A DNA stretch of 32,000 bases, taken from assembly GCF_001457615.1 (NCBI RefSeq), contig NZ_LN831024.1:90001-122000 (forward strand), given 5' to 3'. Below are positions 27,445-32,000 of this stretch, piece by piece (positions within the stretch are counted from its first letter, which is position 1; every line of letters begins with the position of its first letter). This DNA comes from Pseudomonas aeruginosa (GTDB lineage: Bacteria; Pseudomonadota; Gammaproteobacteria; Pseudomonadales; Pseudomonadaceae). Under the pieces are notes generated by a model. That model was not told the origin of the DNA. It saw only the letters and a program-made list of their open reading frames with translations, and did not search any database. The position numbers were made by a program, and so were the translations under genes.

Positions 27445-27894
27445 ATGAGTGTCGAGATCCATCTACCCGGGGCCGCGACGGCCCTTCCCGCGCGCCTGGA
27501 CGGTGTGGTCATCGGCGTCCTCCTCGACGTGCCGGACGCCGCCGCTCCGGTGGTCGCCTATCCCGGTTGCCCGAGCGAGCACGGCCTGGCGGCGGCCACC
27601 ACCACCCAGCTCAGTCGCGCCGACATCGGCGCCCAGGTAGCGCTGATGTTCGTCGCCGGCGATCCGCGCCAGCCGCTGCTGATCGGCCGCATCCAGCGCC
27701 TGCCGCAGGAAGCGCTGGCGCAACTGGACGGCGAGCGCCTGGAGTTCAGTGCCGAACGCGAGATCGTCCTGCGTTGTGGCAAGGCCAGCATCACCCTGAC
27801 CCGCGCCGGCAAGGTGATCATCCGTGGCGCCTATCTTTCCAGCCGCTCCACCGGGGTCAACCGGATCAAGGGCGGTTCGGTGCAGATCAACTGA
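27445..27894 (+). CDS. small DUF6484-like protein of the VgrG1b effector cluster (PA0096-like, 149 aa)
   Basis: MSVEIHLPGAATALPARLDGVVIGVLLDVPDAAAPVVAYPGCPSE...ADIGAQVALMFVAGDPRQPLLIGRIQ; position between vgrG1b and the DUF2169 gene. Family name is from memory. Confidence 0.75.
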   Translation: MSVEIHLPGAATALPARLDGVVIGVLLDVPDAAAPVVAYPGCPSEHGLAAATTTQLSRADIGAQVALMFVAGDPRQPLLIGRIQRLPQEALAQLDGERLEFSAEREIVLRCGKASITLTRAGKVIIRGAYLSSRSTGVNRIKGGSVQIN

Positions 27895-27910
27895 GCGCGG
27901 CGGGCCCGAC

Positions 27911-29023
27911 ATGGAACTGTTGAACGCCACCCCGCTGGCCGCCGCCTACAACCAGGGGCTCGACGCCGAAGGCCGGGAGTCGCTGGTGGTGATCGCCAAG
28001 GGCAGTTTCGACCTGCCGCTGGACGGTCGCGAGGCGCGCCTGCTGGACGAGCAGCAGACGCTGCTGATGGTCGATGAATTCTATGGCGAGCCGGGGTTTT
28101 CCGCGCCGCGCCGGGAGTGCGAGTTCGTTCCCTTCAAGCCGTTCTGCGATGTGCTGGTGCTGGGCAGCGCCCAGGCGCCCGGCGGGCGGCCGGTACAGCA
28201 GTTGACCGCGGGCATCCGCGTCGGCCGGGTGAGCAAGGCGCTGACGGTGCATGGGCCGCGCCAGTGGGAACCGGGATTGCTCGGTGCCGGCGCGGGCGTC
28301 GCGCAGCCGTTCCAGAGCCAGGACATTTCCTACGCCAGTGCCTTCGGCGGCAGCCATGCCTCGCCGGACAACCCCGGTTTCATGGATTGCTACATGGCCA
28401 ATCCGGCCGGATGTGGCTGGTTTCCGCGCAGCGCCGACACCGCCGAGATCGTCGGCACGCCGATGCCGGCCACGGAAAAGCTCGGCGAGCCGGTGGACAG
28501 CCCCCACGGCCGCTTCACGCCGATGGCGCTCGGCCCGCTCGGCCGCCACTGGCAGGCCCGGGTCGGCTTCGCCGGCCGCTACGACGACGCCTGGCTGGCC
28601 GAGCGCTTCCCGTTCCTGCCCGCCGACTTCGACGAGCGCTACTTCCAGTCCGCGCCGGCCGACCAGTGGACCGACCATCTGCGCGGCGGCGAGGAGGTCC
28701 TGCTGCTCAACCTCACCGGCGAGGAGCGCGCGGCCTTCCGCGTGCCGCGCAGGGAGGTCCCGGTGACCTTCTTCCTGAAAAAGGGTGGCCACGAAACCGC
28801 GCAGGCACGGATCGATACCCTGCTGGTGGACTGCGACGCCCGTCGCGTGGAAGTCACCTGGCGCATTCGCCGACCGTTGAAGCGCAACCTGTTCGAGATC
28901 GCCCAGGTGCTGGTCGGCAGCAAGTCCGCCGCCTGGTGGCGCGCCCGCGAGCTGGGCAAGGACTACTACCCCTCGCTTGCCGCGTTGGCACGCAGCCGCC
29001 AGGCCGAGGAGGACGAGGCATGA
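27911..29023 (+). CDS. DUF2169-family adaptor/chaperone-like protein (PA0097-like, 370 aa)
   Basis: MELLNATPLAAAYNQGLDAEGRESLVVIAKGSFDLP...NPAGCGW...NPGF patterns typical of DUF2169; ATG at 27911, not the overextended start at 27824. Confidence 0.87.
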   Translation: MELLNATPLAAAYNQGLDAEGRESLVVIAKGSFDLPLDGREARLLDEQQTLLMVDEFYGEPGFSAPRRECEFVPFKPFCDVLVLGSAQAPGGRPVQQLTAGIRVGRVSKALTVHGPRQWEPGLLGAGAGVAQPFQSQDISYASAFGGSHASPDNPGFMDCYMANPAGCGWFPRSADTAEIVGTPMPATEKLGEPVDSPHGRFTPMALGPLGRHWQARVGFAGRYDDAWLAERFPFLPADFDERYFQSAPADQWTDHLRGGEEVLLLNLTGEERAAFRVPRREVPVTFFLKKGGHETAQARIDTLLVDCDARRVEVTWRIRRPLKRNLFEIAQVLVGSKSAAWWRARELGKDYYPSLAALARSRQAEEDEA

Positions 29024-30057
29024 GCCAGGCCCTGAGCATCGTCGCTTCCGGCATGGTCAGCGCGGTGGGTCTCAGCGCGCCGGCCAGCTGCGCGGCGATC
29101 CGCTGCGCCCTGGACAACTTCCAGGAAACCCGTTTCATCGACCAGGGCGGCGAATGGTTGCTTGCCGCCAGCGTGCCGCTGGAGCAGCCCTGGCGCGGCC
29201 GCGCCAAGCTGCTGAAGATGGCTGCGCGAGCCATCGACGAGGCCTTGCGCGGCCAGCCCGATCTCGATTGCACGGAGCTGCCGCTGCTGCTCTGCGTCGC
29301 CGAGGGCGACCGTCCCGGACGCTGCGCGGGGCTCGACGAGTCTTTCCTGCGTGACCTGGAAGGCGAGCTGGGACGACGCTTCCATCCCTCCTCGGCACTC
29401 ATCGCCCGTGGCCGGGTCGGTGGCGCGGTGGCCCTGCTCAACGCGCGCAAGCTGATCCAGGGCGGCTGCCGGCAGGTCCTGGTGGCCGGCGTCGACTCCT
29501 TCGTCAGCGGCCCGACCCTGGCCGCCTACGAGGCCCGCGAGCGGCTGCTGACCAGCCAGAACTCCAACGGCTTCATTCCCGGCGAGGGCGCCGCCGCCGT
29601 GCTGGTCGCCGCGCCGCTCCACGAGGAGGCGCCGCAGCTGCTCTGCATCGGCCTCGGCTTCGGCGTCGAGAAGGCCACGGTGGAGAGCGAGGACCTGCCG
29701 CTGCGCGCCGACGGCCTGAGCCAGGCCGTGCGCGCCGCCCTCGCCGAGGCTGGCTGCGGCCTGGAGCAGATGGACTACCGGCTCACCGACATTTCCGGCG
29801 AGCAGTACTACTTCAAGGAGGCCTCGCTGACCCTGAGTCGCAACCTGCGCGTGCTCAAGCCGAAGTTCGACCTCTGGCACCCCGCCGACTGCATCGGCGA
29901 ATGCGGCGCCGCCATCGGCCCGGCGTTGCTCGCCGTGGCCCTGGCCGCTTCGCGCAAGGGCTACGGCGACGGGCCGAACGTGTTCTGCCACCTGGGCAAC
30001 GACGCCGGCGAACGCGCCGCCGCGCTGCTCAGCTATCGACGGGTGAGGGCTGCCTGA
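29020..30057 (+). CDS. beta-ketoacyl synthase/thiolase-fold protein (PA0098-like, 345 aa), apparently catalytically degenerate
   Basis: MSQALSIVASGMVSAVGLSAPASCAAIRC...QVLVAGVDSFVSGPTL...NGFIPGEGAAAVLVA...HPADCIGECGAAIGPALLAVALAA. Overlaps the upstream stop (ATGA) and shares one nucleotide with the tse7 start. Confidence 0.85.
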   Translation: MSQALSIVASGMVSAVGLSAPASCAAIRCALDNFQETRFIDQGGEWLLAASVPLEQPWRGRAKLLKMAARAIDEALRGQPDLDCTELPLLLCVAEGDRPGRCAGLDESFLRDLEGELGRRFHPSSALIARGRVGGAVALLNARKLIQGGCRQVLVAGVDSFVSGPTLAAYEARERLLTSQNSNGFIPGEGAAAVLVAAPLHEEAPQLLCIGLGFGVEKATVESEDLPLRADGLSQAVRAALAEAGCGLEQMDYRLTDISGEQYYFKEASLTLSRNLRVLKPKFDLWHPADCIGECGAAIGPALLAVALAASRKGYGDGPNVFCHLGNDAGERAAALLSYRRVRAA

Positions 30058-31217
30058 TGGCCAACGAGGTGTACGCCAACAACATGGAGATCTCCTGCAA
30101 GGCGGCGAGCGGCAAGTCCATCGCGGCCTTCCCGGATGTCTGCTTCACCCCGCCGCAGGCGCCGCCGACGCCGTTGGGGGTACCGATCCCCTACCCCAAT
30201 ACCGGCCTGTCCAAGGACACCACCAAAGGTACCCGGACCATTCGCATCACCCGCAAGGAGGTGATGCTGAAGAACAAGAGCTACTACAAGACCAGCTACG
30301 GCGACGAGCCGGGGCGGGCGCCGAAGAAGGGCATCGTCACCAGCAAGATCAAGGGCAAGGTGTACTTCACCTCCTGGTCGATGAACGTCAAGTTCGAAAG
30401 CAAGAACGTGGTTCGCCACCTCGACCTGACCACCCACAACCACGCGTCCTTTCCTGGCAATACGCCGGTCTGGCCCTACCTCGACCAGGCCACCGTCGAT
30501 GCTGGTGGTGGACCGTGCAGCAATGAAGTGAAGAAGGAGAAGAAGGATTGCGCTGACTTCAAGCCGCATGGCAGCAAGGATGCCTGCGCTGGCCTTGGCG
30601 CGGGCAAGCCTTCCGGCAAGAAGACCAGCAACGAAGCTGACCGACTGGCAGACAAGGTCGCTGCCCGAAAATGCCTGACCGCGCGCCGGTGTGCCCTGCA
30701 ACCGTACAAGCCGAACAGTTGCTGCCCGCAGCAGACCGCTCACCACCTGATCGAGGCCAGCGCCTTGCACGACAAGGGACGTGGTGGAAAAGGCTCGGTA
30801 CCCCTCAAGGGGATATCCAACTATTCGGAGAACAAGGCTCCTTGCGTCTGCGCGGAGGGCGTCAATCAGAACGTGGGTACCCACGGCCTCATGCACACGT
30901 TCCAGAGCGCTGCTGCCGCGAAGTCGCGCAGTGGAACCCTGCAATTGTCCAATGGCAGCTCCATCTCCGCGAAGAAGACCACCTACGGAACGGCGAAACG
31001 TCAATCCATGGCTGCCATGGGCAAGGTCTTTCCGCAGTCGAAATGCTCGAAGGAATGTCTGTCCGCTCAGCTCGACAACTATCACAAGCAGTGCGGAATC
31101 AACGCCAGAACACCCATCAAGGCCGTTGAAACCGGCCAGACCGACGTCACGGCTGCGACGCAGGCGATAAAGACCCGCAATGCGCGTCTTGGCGCCACGA
31201 GGAGTCGAGTCCGCTAG
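30057..31217 (+). CDS. tse7: Tse7 effector: N-terminal PAAR-like (DUF4150) plus C-terminal GHH-type nuclease domain (386 aa)
   Basis: MANEVYANNMEISCKAASGKSIAAFPDVCFTPPQAPPTPLGVPIPYPNTGLSKDTTKGTRTI is a DUF4150 PAAR-like domain; C-terminal CCPQQTAHHLIEASALHD and GTHGLMHTF resemble the Tox-GHH2 HNH-like fold. Confidence 0.92.
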   Translation: MANEVYANNMEISCKAASGKSIAAFPDVCFTPPQAPPTPLGVPIPYPNTGLSKDTTKGTRTIRITRKEVMLKNKSYYKTSYGDEPGRAPKKGIVTSKIKGKVYFTSWSMNVKFESKNVVRHLDLTTHNHASFPGNTPVWPYLDQATVDAGGGPCSNEVKKEKKDCADFKPHGSKDACAGLGAGKPSGKKTSNEADRLADKVAARKCLTARRCALQPYKPNSCCPQQTAHHLIEASALHDKGRGGKGSVPLKGISNYSENKAPCVCAEGVNQNVGTHGLMHTFQSAAAAKSRSGTLQLSNGSSISAKKTTYGTAKRQSMAAMGKVFPQSKCSKECLSAQLDNYHKQCGINARTPIKAVETGQTDVTAATQAIKTRNARLGATRSRVR

Positions 31218-31238
31218 TGACCGTTACAGGAGATTGAA

Positions 31239-32000
31239 ATGTTGAAGAAACTCTCGCCGATTTTCTCGAACATCACCGGCGTCGTCCGCTATCAGGACCT
31301 GGCGTACGTGGCCTCGGTATCCGACGAGATCCAGGAGCAGAACATAGCGCACAGCTATGTCACGGAGTGGGACTGCGGAACCTGGTGTGTTGCTGGCGAG
31401 GATGACGACATGCTGCCCTGGGAGATCGTGTCGGCCACGGTAGTGCACGAGCCGGTGGAACAAGCATTGTTTCTGGGCGCTCGGGGCCAGGTATTCTGCA
31501 TGGGCTCCGGCGACATCCATGAAGAGCAGTTGCCCGACGGCGACGATGCCATCGGTGGCCGGGGCAATATGCGCGGCGTTGCCTGTATCGACGGGGTGGC
31601 CTATGCCTGCGGGATGGATCGACAGGTCTACCGGCGCTTCGACGAGAACGACTGGCGTGCCATCGACAGCGGCGCTCGGCCTCCGGCAGGCAGCGAAGCG
31701 GTGGTCGGATTCGAGGCCATCGGCGGCTTCGGTGCCAGGGAAATCTATGCCGTCGGCTGGGACGGGGAGATCTGGCAGTACGACGGCAAGCGCTGGCAGC
31801 CCCGGGAGAGCCCGACGAACTTGATCCTGACGGCGATCTGCTGCGCGGAAGATGGCTCGGTTTACGCCTGTGGACAGGCGGGAACGCTGCTGCGTGGACG
31901 CAACGACCACTGGGAGATCATCGCCCAGGACGATGTCGATGAAGACTTGTGGAGCCTCGCGTGGTTCGACGGCGCACTCTACGTGTCGAGCGCAACGGCG
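31239..32000 (+). CDS. tsi7: Tsi7 immunity protein, 5' 254 codons, truncated at the window end
   Basis: ATG at 31239 after SD AGGAGA; reads MLKKLSPIFSNITGVVRYQDLAYVASVSDEIQEQ... open to the last base. Not listed as a plus-strand ORF in the supplied track because no stop is reached. Confidence 0.88.
   Translation, partial: MLKKLSPIFSNITGVVRYQDLAYVASVSDEIQEQNIAHSYVTEWDCGTWCVAGEDDDMLPWEIVSATVVHEPVEQALFLGARGQVFCMGSGDIHEEQLPDGDDAIGGRGNMRGVACIDGVAYACGMDRQVYRRFDENDWRAIDSGARPPAGSEAVVGFEAIGGFGAREIYAVGWDGEIWQYDGKRWQPRESPTNLILTAICCAEDGSVYACGQAGTLLRGRNDHWEIIAQDDVDEDLWSLAWFDGALYVSSATA

Noticed and set aside
20773-27462. Long minus-strand ORFs antisense to vgrG1a (20773..22059), vgrG1b (25096..25842; 25867..27462), and similar
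   Set aside because: The paralogous sense genes generate similar antisense ORFs, so their similarity to one another is no evidence of coding.
29901-30056. Extension of tse7 upstream to 29901 as in the ORF track
   Set aside because: It would run out of frame through the KAS-like gene; the PAAR-like domain starts at MANEVYANNMEISCK (30057), directly after that gene's stop.
1-32000. CRISPR array, tRNA/rRNA, prophage integrase or transposase
   Set aside because: No regularly spaced repeat-spacer pattern, structural RNA signature or recombinase/transposase motif seen in the sequence or translations. Repeats found are coding tandem repeats in fha1 and vgrG1b.

Overview
The window is a near-complete Pseudomonas aeruginosa-type H1-T6SS (HSI-I) locus plus its effector islands. 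Assignments rest on recognising the encoded protein families and gene order; no database search was run. Minus-strand arm (1-9649): possible ppkA start, then pppA, tagF1, tssM1, tssL1, tssK1, tssJ1, fha1. Plus-strand arm (10017-22800): tssA1, tssB1, tssC1, hcp1, tagJ1, tssE1, tssF1, tssG1, clpV1, vgrG1a. Next come an inverted tsi6-tse6-eagT6 NADase effector module (minus), vgrG1b, a DUF6484-like gene, a DUF2169 gene, a ketosynthase/thiolase-fold gene, the PAAR-like DNase effector tse7, and a 3'-truncated tsi7. I found no wholly new system; this locus is well studied. The less obvious signals are: (1) paired hairpins in the fha1/tssA1 divergent region, each with GGA in the apical loop on the relevant transcript (candidate RsmA sites); (2) hairpins flanking hcp1, including an 18-pair stem just after its stop codon; (3) in-register vgrG1a/vgrG1b homology with a constant 4332-bp offset that could delete the Tse6 module and leave a fused in-frame VgrG; (4) a 16-residue (48-bp) tandem repeat in VgrG1b; (5) a hexanucleotide microsatellite inside fha1; (6) a ketosynthase-like protein that appears to lack its catalytic triad.
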